From contig JADIIX010000009.1 of assembly GCA_027604505.1 (NCBI GenBank), forward strand, positions 124,001-188,000: a stretch of DNA of 64,000 nucleotides. The letters run 5' to 3'. The notes below the pieces were generated by a model. It was not told where the DNA came from, ran no database searches, and worked only from the letters and a program-made list of their open reading frames with translations. Shown here in pieces: positions 1 through 12,032 of the stretch (position 1 is the first letter of the stretch; every line of letters starts with the position of its first letter). The DNA comes from Gonapodya sp. JEL0774 (taxonomy: Eukaryota). A program made the position numbers and the translations under genes.

Positions 1-3000
1 AGACATGTGGTTCTGTGTCTGAAAGGTACCTTCACCGGCCCCCGCGCTGACTCCGACAGAGCAAGCAGTTCGAACGAAGTCTCACATTGGAGCACCCCCA
101 ACCGTGTCAACCGCAGCTACCACTCCGTCAGCTCTCTCTCCCGCGGACGCCGCAGTACAATCACCCGTGGATAGGCGGGTCACCCAACAGCCTCCAAATT
201 TGATGTCTGCTCACACCGAAACGGCTCCTTCGGTGAGCTTAGAGCCACTGGCGACAAACTCTACCGGATCCACAGCAAACGCGGCACAAATTGAAGTTTC
301 CACCGTTGTCTCCAGTGATGTACCTGATCCCTCACATCGTACCCGAACTGCTGGTAACGACCTTGCCGGTTTATCTACGTCACATTCTCTACCTATTCGG
401 AGTGAAGTTGCTTTGTCATCTAAGGGTAGGTCCTCTCGCCCTTCGGTGGAGAAAGCGTCCCGAGCCGCGACGACAGGACTCGACAGTGTGATGCAGAGTA
501 TTCGAAAGATGCAAGCCGAAATGGAGGAGAAGGCTAAGAGAGGAAGGGAAGAGAGAGTGGACGTGGAGTTGAAGGACAAAGAGAGAGATGGTGAGGGCGC
601 TGATTATCGGGTCGTTGTATTTGTTCACATTTCCTGGACAATGATGTTGTTGTGTTGATCCATTCAGCCTCCGAAAACATTTATCAGCACGGCGAGCGGC
701 GACGATCCTCTACTTCGCATGACGAGTCAAATTTCGCATTTGGAAGACGAAAACGTCCCTCAGGCTCCGAATCCTCCAAACGAGACGGCAGTCTCAAAGA
801 ACACAAGGGGACCGAATCAGGAGCTTCGGGAAGTCGTCGGCGGTCCACTTCTCCTGTACCTGCATTACCTCCTGATGGGCATCCCCCTCGACCCGGCTCA
901 ACTGACCGGAAGGTCTGGTCGTCCGTTCCGCGCACGGACCTGAAAGGTGGCGTTGGACGTGGCCGGCGGATTAATCCGGAGACGGTGCTAGGTGGACCGG
1001 CGTCTGTTTCGGCAGGGGGTACTGCTCAGTCCTCCCCGGAGCCGACCCCAGAGTTTGCACCGGAATACCACGCGGCAAAGGACAAGGGAGAGAATGACCA
1101 AGGGAAGAGGAAAGAGAAACATCAGAGTATTTTTCCGAATGAAGGGCCATACAAGTTTTCGGTACCCGAAGCTATTTCTGAGGCGACCAAAACAGTCAAG
1201 CTCAATTTCTTCGCCCAGGGTGGGTTGACGCTTTATTGGAGTGAAACAACAGCCGTGCTTGATGCTTTTATTGACCGTGTCTTCATATTTCACTGTCGTT
1301 TCAGAGCAATCGGAGGCTATCGAGGCAAGTCAAGTGTCACAAGTCGTTTTGGGAGTGTCAGCAGCGGCCACGGGCATAGAGCACGAACCGTCTCTCACCG
1401 AAGCACTCCCTGAGCCCTCCAGTGCGGAAATGACGGCAGCTGTTCCCTCCCATGGCGAAGAGGGCAAGAATCTAGTAAAAATCGACGAAATCTGGGACCA
1501 GATACCTCCAACATCTTCTGAGAATTCTTATAAGAGAATAATGACGGACACAGAAGAGTCGGTTGCTCCTGAGATACCGTCTGGATCGTTGGAGGAATTG
1601 GATCGGCAACTAGGAGCGGCGGAGCCTCCAAAGAACCCGCTGTTTCAATCAGCACGAGCGGTCAATATGACGGGCCCTGCTCCTCATTCCACAGTGCCTA
1701 TGCTGGTACCAACAGCACATGGAGGCTATGCGCTGTTTCCCATTCACGCGCAACTGCTCACACAGGGCTTTCAGCCGAATTGGATATCGGTTCCACCGGG
1801 TATGATGGGTGGAATGCCACAGGGTGTCGTTGATGGTGGTAAGAAAATTGTCCCCGGGAATGTCCCGGGGCACATCATGCATCAATCAACCCACCCTCAG
1901 GTTCCGATTCAAATGTTGCCACAGGCATCTGGCACCTACTCGGCAATGATAAAACCTGTCCAACAGGGAGTACATTCGCCGTTCTTACCACGATCAGTGG
2001 ATTACCCGTTCCGCCCACTGGGAATGACCCCAGCGCGTCCTACTTGGGATTCGAAGGGATTTCCCACCGCTGGAGATCGCCGGATGGACGGGGCGGCATT
2101 CGGGGGATTCGATTACCCTCGCGGTCAACAAGGGGGTTCGCTGCGACCAGGGTCACCAAGAATGCAGCAACAGCTGCCAGTGGGCCAGCAAAGTACGAGC
2201 CCAGGGACCTCAATTGGACTAAGACTCGGAACATCTTCATCTAGTGCCCAGGGCGGTGCGGGCCTCGGGCAAGGAGTGTCCAATTTTCCTCGCCCTGTTC
2301 CATTGCAAAGTCAGAGCACTTGGTCCCCGAATTCCACTATGTCAGCTCCTGGCTCGAGCGGTGGATTAATTAACAACAACGGCATATTGCAATCGTCCAC
2401 GACTATCTCAAATCAGGGCGCTGCGTTGGGAATCATGCCTGCGCCGGGATCAAACATTCTGAACGCGCCCACCCGTTCCGGGCCGCCGCTCGCCCAATCG
2501 CGCCCGCCCATCCGCCCAGCTGGTCCTATACACCGTGGAGGATTTGCGGTAGGGCGCGGCAGGGCCATGGGACTGATGGGACCACCATATAGAGGACGAG
2601 GCTACGCGGGTCCCGGCCCCGGTCGGCCAGGGCCGGGACCCATTGGGCCACCAGTACGTGCGATGACGGTCACGAGTTTGGGAACCGGTGACGGATTGTC
2701 GATAGGGCGCGGGGAGCCTGGTGTTTCCTTGAGTGACCAGGGATCCTCGTCGTTTCCTTCTCAGGAAGATGTGCATCTTAGTGTGGCAGACGGGATTCAA
2801 GAAGAGGATGGAAGAAGTGATATCAACTTCCGATTGCAGCTTGAAAAGCCTGATGTAGGGGATCGGTATGGTCCGACTGGCGGGACTGGTATGGTCGAAG
2901 AACCTCGGGACGAAGTGGATCTTGAAGCATTGGTTGCAGCGGCAATGCGTGGTTCATCAGATTCTTACTTCCTCGGGGTGCGACCCTCTTCAGTGGCTGT

Positions 3001-3877
3001 GGAAACGGGTGGCAACGATCACAAAGAAGAAGGGGAAGGTAAAGGAGAACCGCAAATCGCAGCTACTGGGGAGACAATTGAGCCAAATGATGCGCAGAAT
3101 CAGCACGATGACAATGACTTGGATACCCCTACAGAGAGTGTACATTCTAATCACCCGGCGTACCTCCGTGGACGGGGATTGGCTGTTCGCAGACCTTTCC
3201 GAGGACGACCGGCGGTTCGATTTAGGGGTGGTGGGCGGTATCGGGGAACAAAAGGGACGGGAACGGTTCCTGCACCAGATAATGTTGGAAACTCAACTGT
3301 GATCGGAGACGCAGCACACAGGCCAGAGAATCCCGTGTCCGAGCCGATAGCAATTGACCGAACGACTCCCACCGTTGAAGCACCTCCGCCAGTATCTGCG
3401 GACCCTAATCCCAGGACATTTGTGCGAGGGCGTGGCGGAAGTCGTGGCGGTCGAGGCAGAGGACGAGGTAGTGGGCCCTCGGTGACAGCGCCAGTTGGAC
3501 TCGAGGGGATGGACTCAACTGCAGAATCTCTTTGGAAGCGTGATGAAGGCGGTAGTGTGACCGATGACCAGCCTTCCAAAGCGGAATTTGCAGAACGCGG
3601 TCGCGGATCATTGGGGCGCAGGCGAGGTAAGCTCGGTCGTGGTGGAGGCGGAACGCCGACCCACCAAAACGGTTTAAGCGGACTGGAGCACTCTGGAGGC
3701 GAGTCTTCAGAGGAGCCTGGGGATGGTTCCAATCGCGGAAAGATTCGGGGTGGGGGTAGTGGGTTGCGCACTGGCAAACGTGCTGGACGGGGCGGGCGCG
3801 GAGCATCAAAGGGATTTGGGGAACAGGCAAAGAGTGGTGAGCAAGCTGGTGGTGAAGTAGAAGCGGCTGCCACGTAA
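1..3877 (+). CDS. Large low-complexity, disordered protein with Pro/Gln-rich middle and RG/RGG-rich C-terminus (5' partial, start upstream of window)
   Basis: ORFs 104-658, 652-1413 and 1241-3877 join in frame through GT-AG introns 591-667 and 1220-1304 (both phase 1). Many RGRGG motifs; no recognisable globular domain in the visible part. Confidence 0.7.
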
Positions 3878-4277
3878 CGATCGCGCTCTAGAAGGACTAC
3901 ATCTACTACTTCTATTCTCCAGGACATTCGTAGTACGCTTACAGAACGTCGAGAAGAGAATTGAAAGTGCAAATATAGCTGAAAAATGGATGGCGGAATG
4001 TCATTTTGTCGTAGTTCATTTATGGAAGGTGCATTTGTTCAATAATTCAATGTCTGCATGAGTCCCGATCACCACATTTTGCAGTTCATCCGGAAACGAC
4101 TCCATCCTTCCACCACGAAATTTATTATCCGACAATTGAATTCGAAGATTTCGGTGGCATACTTTGTCAGATTCATCTCTTGCGCACGCGCAGTGTCTGT
4201 GAATCCGCTATATTTGCTCCTTCCATAACCATTGCGCGACCCATATTCCTTCGGGGGTCAACTTTCACAGAATCACC

Positions 4278-5947
4278 ATGGCTGCCAAAAAAGCGACAAA
4301 ACCGACACCCTTCTGGTTCGTGGGAGTCCGGGCATTCTGTTATCACAGACACGTAAATCCGGATCGTCACCCGACATCACATTCTGCCATCCTTTCGTCG
4401 CCAGGGTCGGAGGTGCTGCATCCGTTGGGGCAGCTTCAATTACCCATCCTATAGAGTACGTTCTGCGCTTTAGTTGCCAAGTTGGCCTCCCTTGTGCTTC
4501 TTTCCCACACTCAATGCCCCACGATTTGCATTGAATTCGAATCCTCCCATCACCCCCAAATTTATCGTGTTCCAATAACGCGTAGTCTCTTAAAAGTTCG
4601 AATTCAGACCAGCCAGGGCCCCAAACAGTCCTACGCGAGAGTGGTTTCCGATATTGTGAAGGCAGAAGGGATCAGCGGACTCTATGCAGGGTTGAGTGCC
4701 AGGTTTGCGTCTCATCCGCAAAATTTCCTTTTGCTCTCAGCCGGCTGGTTTCGTCTGACGATCCTCGTTGTGTGTTGTGTGGGGACAAATGATTGCTCCG
4801 CCTTACCAATGTCCACACAGTATCCTACGCCAGGCCACCTACAGTACCACACGGTTTGGTGTTTATGAAGAATTGAAGAATTACCTCACGAAGACGGGCA
4901 ACCTGAACTTCTGGACTCAAATGGGCTCTGCAATCCTTGGAGGTACCGCTGGGGGCATTGCAGGTAAGTGTCCCCCGAAGAACTGAACCCCAACAAATTA
5001 CCAATCAAAGGACCACGCTCATTGCTTGTTGCTTCCAACATACTCCAATTCTCCGGCGCTCAGGCAACCCTTTTGATCTCGCCAACATCCGCATGCAAGC
5101 CGACTCCAAACTCCCCCCTGCTGAGCGCCGCAACTACAAGCACGCCATAGACGCTTTCCTTCGCATCCGGCGAGAAGAAGGTGCAGCGGCCTTGTTCACT
5201 GGTCTGAGCCCCAATATCGGTCGAGCCATCGTCATGACGAGTTCTCAACTGGTCTCGTATGACGTGATCAAGGCCCAGATGCTGGCGTCGGGGTGGTTCA
5301 AGGATAATGTGCTCACACACTTCTCAGCGAGTCTGGCGGCCGTGAGTTTTGCTTTTCGGGAAAGGGAGAACGGATAGGATTTGGACCCAACGTGCTTGTT
5401 CGCTTCGGCCGATCACTCTACCTCCCATCCTCCTTCACACCTCCCAGGGACTCGTCGCCACCACCGCCACTTCACCCATCGACGTCGTCAAGACACGGAT
5501 CATGTACTCTCCCGTGAAGGGCGAGTACAAGGTATGTCTGCGTGTCCAGCCCTGAAAGGTGACTGGTTCTTTTGTTTTTCCACCGTAACTCACTGATAGC
5601 GCGGTCGGATTTTGGCGCTCAACTCCAATCAGGGCATGATCGATGCATTCGTCAAAATTGGTACTAGGGAGGGTCCAATGGCGTTCTTTAAGGGTACGTA
5701 GCGGCCAGCATCGTGATCTTGCTGTTTACCCTGTCGTCGCCGCACACGCGGATCTCCCTCACATCTCCGCTGGCTCCCACTTCTGAATACGTGCATCACC
5801 CTCACCACCCACACCCCTTCACATACGCCCACAAACACCGTCATCGCGCCCTCTCCAGGCTGGCTCTCCGCCTTCATCCGCCTCGGCCCGCACACCATCC
5901 TCACATTCGTCTTCTTCGAGCAGATCAAGAATCTGGTGACCCGATAG
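4278..5947 (+). CDS. DIC1: Mitochondrial dicarboxylate carrier (SLC25A10/DIC1-like), multi-exon
   Basis: Spliced product starts MAAKKATKPTPFWVGGAASVGAASITHPIDLLKVRIQ. It has three Px[DE]xx[KR]xR carrier signatures (PIDLLKVR, PFDLANIR, PIDVVKTR), plus RQATYSTTRFGVY, ERRNYKHAIDA and RLGPHTILTF. TAG at 5945-5947. Confidence 0.9.
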
Positions 5948-6254
5948 GCTGGAAGGGCATGCGTTGGAATGGTGAATCCGGACTGGAATCTGAACTGTGT
6001 CGGTGGTGGAGGGGATTGAGGCGGCCTGTGTTTGACTTTTCGATATTGCAAGTGCTATGGGACTCCTTATTAAAGTGCCTTGTAGTAGGTGTATTCTTCA
6101 AAATTCCTAAGAAAATCAGTTTTCTCTGTTTGAGCTCGTCCCCTCCTAGCCGTGTCAGTTCTTTTCACGGCATGTACAAAGCGCCAACGTAAGGAGTGAA
6201 AAGGCAGTAAATTGTATTTTCTTCCAGCAAATTGCAGTTTGGTAAAGACGGTTT

Positions 6255-6308
6255 TGCAAACGCGTTGTTATTCCAGTTTCGTGAAGAAGATTTGTGCAAA
6301 CGCGTTGT
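6255..6308. repeat. Two direct copies of TGCAAACGCGTTGT (14 bp, 40-bp period), each containing palindrome AACGCGTT
   Basis: Exact copies at 6255-6268 and 6295-6308. Confidence 0.8.
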
Positions 6309-6646
6309 ATGTATCCAAAGGCCAGTTCCATCGTTTTGAGAATCTGAACTCCCGTGGCAAACTTCTGTTATCTCTGTCCCCTTTTTTTTGTGTGTGTGCG
6401 GGTGTGTTTTCAATTTTGTCGTTTCTTTGGTTTGTGCACTCAGGTGAGGGTCATCAGACGTCGCACATTCAGACCCGGCAGAGTATTCCTCGTGGCTGAA
6501 ACGAACAGCACTGCATTCCCTGTCCTCACCAGTCCACCGCACCGCTCACTTCCTCCCACCACTCTACTCCTCCCAATCTCTCTTCTCCCCCACTTTTGCA
6601 CCTCACCGCCAACCCAAATTCCACAATTACCTACCCCCTCACCCCC

Positions 6647-8460
6647 TCACTGTTCGTCCAGCGGCACGAACACCATCGGCTGCTCCGTCATCATCTCGAA
6701 CTCGTCCGACGTCACCACCCCCCCCACAACCACCTCCACCTCCTGCTTCTTCTTGCTATCCTTGTCCTTGCTGACGGCCCCGTTCTCGTGCGCCCATGCA
6801 ATCTGCTTAATCACTTTCTCCACAGTCCAATCCACATCCCGCAGCGCTTGAGCCACCGTAAACTCTCCTTGGCGGACCCGCTCGAGCGACGTCATGTGCG
6901 CACGGCTAGCGAGGGCCACACCTAAGTCGTTGATAAGCGAGCGCACGTAGAACCCTCCGGAGGATTCGACGCGGAGGTGGAAGGTGGGCCCGGCGGGGAA
7001 CTGGGCCGGTGGGTGGGACGGTGGGTGCTTGTGGGCTTGTGAACCGGCAAGGGCGCCCAAGGGGACGTAGGCGGTCTGGACAGCAGCGGAGGTGGCTGCG
7101 GTGGCTGCGGGAGGAGGGCGCGGTGGGGCGGCGGCTGGGGCGGCCGGAGGGCGAGGTGGGGTGGGCGGGGCTGGGGGTGCCTGGAACTTGCTGGGTTCCA
7201 TTTTGATGGTCGGGAGGAGAATGGGAATCTCTGGGTCGGCGTCGGGGTCGTACTTGAGCTTTTTGAGAAGGGCGGCTTCTTCTTCTTCCTCTTCGCGTTG
7301 GCGTTTGCGTTTGAGTTCGGCTTCCATGGCCAAAGACGACATATCGGCGTGCTGTTCATAGGGTCCGTCTGGATCCGGTTTGATGTGCGGGGTGGGACCA
7401 CTTAACGGGGGTGCAGATGAAGATGAGGAGCCTGTGCCTGCCAAGGCTGCTGTAGTTGTGGCGGCGGTGGCGGTGGTGGTGGTGACTTTGAGCCGCCCGA
7501 CCATGGAGCCGGTTGCCACCATTCCAGTCAGAAAGGCTGTGTCTTCGTCGGTGGTGGCGGCCGTGTCGGCAGCGGGTGTCGCTGTCGCAGCGGTTTCCAA
7601 GTCGGAGTCAGGATGTGGTACGCCAGGGGTGAAGTCAACGAGGTCGAGGCTAAACACTTCGACGTTGCGAGCCTGGGGTTCTTTGCCTGGCGGGAGGGCG
7701 AGTCCTTCGCGCGCGTACTCGTACCTGGGGAGTGGGGGAAACATAATAACCATGGCGAAGGACGAGATTATGAGTTTGCCTGTTCGTGAATGCGAATGCG
7801 AGTACGAAGCAGGGAAGGGGGCAAAATAGAAAGGACGAAGAAGAGCAGAAAATGGGGCCAAGGGGAATCTGGGATTGGACCAGACTCACATTCGCTTACC
7901 CTGCACTTTGAGTGCAGAGTAGACGGGCGGTACTTGGGTAATCTTACCCCTGAACGGCTTGAGGCACTCAAGGACCAAGTCCTGTGTGATGTGGTTGTAA
8001 GGGGCCGTGGCGACGATGCTGCCAAGGCGGTCAAAGGTATCGGTGGAGGAGCCAGCGCGGGCGCCGGCGACGTAGACTTTTCTGCAGGAGAGGAACTGGC
8101 CGAGAAGCTTTGTGCCCGAGTTTATGCCGACGACTGGGTCGGTGGAAGGTTGGTGAAAGGTTGGTGAGTGCGCAGTCGGAGGGCCAGCGTTCGACCCGGG
8201 TGACCTCAGCCAAGACACACAATAACAAGGGAGCGGGCAGGAGACTCACCGAGCACACCTGTTGCCATTGGATCTAGCGTGCCGCCATGTCCGACCTTGA
8301 CCTTGTGTTTTCCCTTTCCTGCCCTTGGGCCAAACAACTCGTGCTCGATTTTGTTCTTGAGAGCGGCGATGCAGTCGGCGGATGAGATTCCTTCGGGCTT
8401 GTAGACAGCGAATACGCCCTGCAGTGATGGAATGAGCGGATGCACAAGTTTGGGCGGCAT
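6647..8460 (-). CDS. PUS4: tRNA pseudouridine(55) synthase, TruB family, with a long low-complexity insert
   Basis: GVFAVYKPEGISS, KVGHGGTLDPMATGVL (catalytic Asp), QVPPVYSALKVQGKRMYEYAREG, and SSGGFYVRSLINDLG...AHMTSLERVRQGEF. Confidence 0.93.
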
Positions 8461-8577
8461 AGTGGGTGGGTGGGAAATGGAAAGGGACAGTTTTGTAGGT
8501 AGGGGGTGTTCGGGTGGCAGGTGAGCCGTGCACTCCGACCATCAAGCAAGTAAATTAATCAATCATTACTATAATAT

Positions 8578-11500
8578 TCATTTCAATCCAAATCCAGCAC
8601 TATCTGTGATGGCGAATCTCAGTTTCAATGCCAACTTCTGCTTCGTGCCATATCTGTACAGTCCTAATTGATTCTGGTTCATAAGAGCAACAAGTCAGTC
8701 ATTGAAGATCAGCTGTAAACGGATCGATCCACTTACAAAACAAGTATGTGACTGTGGTAATCTTTCGGTATCATTGCCTAAACATGATATTTTAAATTGC
8801 ATTGTCTGTGTGACGGGAAAGTCAGGCGAAACTCTCGATGACAGCGGTGCCAGAAATCAACGTACCTGAATGCCTGTAGGGCTCACTCTATCCGAGCCCG
8901 TGACAAATGCTAGAAGCTTCTTCTTATCCTCCTCGTTGTAAGATTTCGCCTCCTCCCAAAACCATTTGACGGTTGGCTCTCTGGGATCGAACCCTTCGTA
9001 CTCCGTAACGGATTGCAGTGCTGACATGTCAATTTCCTCGTCCCCACGAACGACCATCTCCAGCTCCTCTGGTTTAAAAAGCGTAAGGGGCGACCCCTTG
9101 CAAACGGTGTCAAAGCCAGCCCTGAACGCTTCAAATTGCGTTTGGACTGATCGGTTGAATATCTTAAATATAGAGGAGGAAGGAACAAACGTGAGACATA
9201 GTTGCCGCCCTCCCCATTCACAGTAAGTCATTTGAGACGCACCCAGTCCACATACAAACGCACATACTCCTCCCTGTTGTCGATTGTCACAGGCCGATTT
9301 CTTCCTCCAGGTATCAAATCCACAGTCTGAACTTCGCCAAAACTTTCGATTTCTACCACAAAATCCCGTGAGAACACATCCTCCAAATCAGCACCAGAAT
9401 AATCCAGAAGTTGTTGAAGCCCTCGTCCCAACGAGGGCCGGAGTACTTTGAGGTCTTCAAGATCCACAGGGATGTTCAGTAGCTTCTTGTAGCATGCCAG
9501 AGGCAATGGACTCGGAATGATAACATTGTTGAAAATTGCGAGGCCAAGCACGATGCCGAGAAGCCGGTACTCTTCTTTGGCTGAATCAAAGGAGAATTGA
9601 CTGAACCAGCAGTAATGCGACTCCTGCGAAACAAAATAAAATTGTGTGTGAAGAATTATTTTCGAGAGCGTAGTTTCGCTCTATGCACGCACCTCGTCGT
9701 AAGTCCACATTCCAAACTGAGGATCAAAGAGGTCTTTCGTAAGCAGCAAGAACCATTCTTTCGACAGTCCACCAGCATCCACCCCATCTTCGTTAGCGAA
9801 TTCGATTTTCAGGCGCTTCTTCAGTTCCAATGGGCGGACCTGCTGCAGCTGGTTGAGCGAATCCTCGATCAAATGGTCTCGACGCACATGAATCGAAAGA
9901 AAAGGATCTGTCAAGATCCCATGGAACCTTTACAAGCCACCAAGTTCATGAATCAGAAACTACGGTGGCTGAGGAGCTCGAGGTGGGATGCGGCCGAGCG
10001 AGTACACTGGACTCACGTTTGTATCCAAAAAGCCTCTCGAATCTTCTCTGCCATGGTTCTCTTTGCGTCCCACTCCATTATCTGCATTTTAACACCCAGA
10101 GAGATGAGAAAGGGATACTGGCAAAAAGCGAAAACCCCGCCGTGCTCCTGCCAGCGCTGAAAGTCCTTAAAGTAGTCCACATAGTCCACCATGGTGTTGT
10201 AGAAGTCATGAACGGAGAGTCTATCGAATCGTCGGAGACCATTCGCCGCGACTTGAACGAATCACATGCGAGTTGCTGCGGGTAAAGAGTGCCAAACTAC
10301 GCGCATTCAGAACTCACACAACAACGCCATCACTTTAGCCGCAGAGCGAATCGCCCAGTCGTACGGATATTGCTCCCGCATGTTCTCCTTGGACGTTAGC
10401 CTATGAGTCACATAAAAATTGACGGTTTCCACCCGCCGTCGGAACAAGTCGATGGGATCTCGTGAAAACCAATCCACAAGATGTCGGTGAGTATCGTTGG
10501 TGAGGCAAGAGACGAATCCATAGATTCGCGTGAGCATGGCGTGGTGGTAGGCAGTTTCGGTGGGATTTCGATGAAGAGCGAACGAAGGGTTCTGTGAGCG
10601 AACAAAGTAGTGGTCAGTCGTTTCATGGACAAAAGATTAAAGTTTAGTCACCTCTAATAAGATCACCAGTCCTTTTATGTGCTCAGGTGCGTTGAAACGT
10701 CTGCCAGGCCGCTTCAGCATGTTGTCCGTGGCCGACATCATCGCATAGGAAGCGCTTGCTGGCAATTCGGACACAAGCCTGTACGCCTCCCTCACTTCGG
10801 AGAGCTCCACTCCTGGTGATTGTAGTGTAGTGGGCGTACCCGTGGAGAAACTGTCATTCAATAGAGAATAATTTCCCCACACCTCGTACAACATTGCCTC
10901 CAGCACAGATAGCTCGCAAGAGCCGTTGCGATAAGCTGACACAAAAAGGCGAAGTTTGGAGATAGTGAGCGGTTCATTCTGTGATGATTGGGACGCCCGC
11001 GGGGTAATGTCATTCACAGTCTCACACACGGTGCACCTTTGCATGGAACAGATGTCGTTTAAAATCATCACTTGCACATCCAGAATTGAGATGCTCACCT
11101 GAAACAAGGTACACCCTGCGGAAATCGTAACGTAGTGTCACAGCAGAAGCAGGTATCTTGTGACTGTAACGGAACTTAATAGGTGCGATAGTGCAAAAGA
11201 ACATGACCGCGCGAGCCCACCGACTGCACTGCTACTGACTGCGACTCCTTGGGAGCAGCGGGTGCCCCTGAAGGATTTGCGTAGGTGAATGTATTGGGCG
11301 GTGTGGGGAGGATGACGGGAACGCCACCTGCAGGCTGTGGGACGGGTCTAGGGGAGGAATTCATAACCGAACTGACAAAGTAAGGCTGTGCAGGTTGAGG
11401 ATGAGGTGAAGGAGAGGGCGGAGGTGGCTGAGGATAGGGTTGTGGAGCTGGCGGTAGCGGTTTCGTGGTTTGGGGTGAAGGATTTTTGGGCACGCTTGCA

Positions 11501-11886
11501 GAAGCCATAGCGTAGGAAGGTCGATCACTCCTAGTGCCAAGATCACCACCTTGAGATGAAGACCCGGGTGTCTGAGTCCCGACCGGCGCAGGAGCACGGC
11601 GGTTGGGAGCTGTACTCGATAGAGGTGGGAAGTAACTGCTGGGCGTTTCCGTTGGTAAGTCCGACGAAAATAGAGGGGTAGGATGCTCCGAAGCTGACGA
11701 AGATGCCGAGCTTCGAAGAGATGGAGAAGACGTGGGGAAAACGGGCACAGAAAAGTAGTATGAACGATCCGGTGTCTGTTGCCCAGTCATGTCCCCGGAA
11801 GCTTCTAGTAGCGACGTCGTTGTTGGACGCCCAGGTACCGTCTGAGGTGCTGTCGGGCGACCAGATGGGGCGCCTTGGCCGTACAT
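8578..11886 (-). CDS. HUL4: HECT-type E3 ubiquitin ligase (Hul4/Mug30-like) with N-terminal Zn-ribbon, multi-exon; start approximate
   Basis: VRRDHLIEDSL, LKIEFANEDGVDAGGLSKEWF, LLAFVTGSDR, catalytic RLPQSHTCFNQL and terminal SAGFGLK* (TGA 8578-8580). FCQYPFLISLGVKMQIM precedes the HECT domain. The orthology call is less certain than the HECT call. Confidence 0.85.
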
Positions 11887-12032
11887 ACAAAGTTGGATGT
11901 GGTTGAATGGTGTACCGATTGGTCTATGATGTTGTCGTCACAAGTCCACAATAACGCAAGCAAGGAGTCTAATCACTTGCACGAATGATACTGGGACGCA
12001 AGCAGATATTCGAATTCTACCAAAGGAACTTT

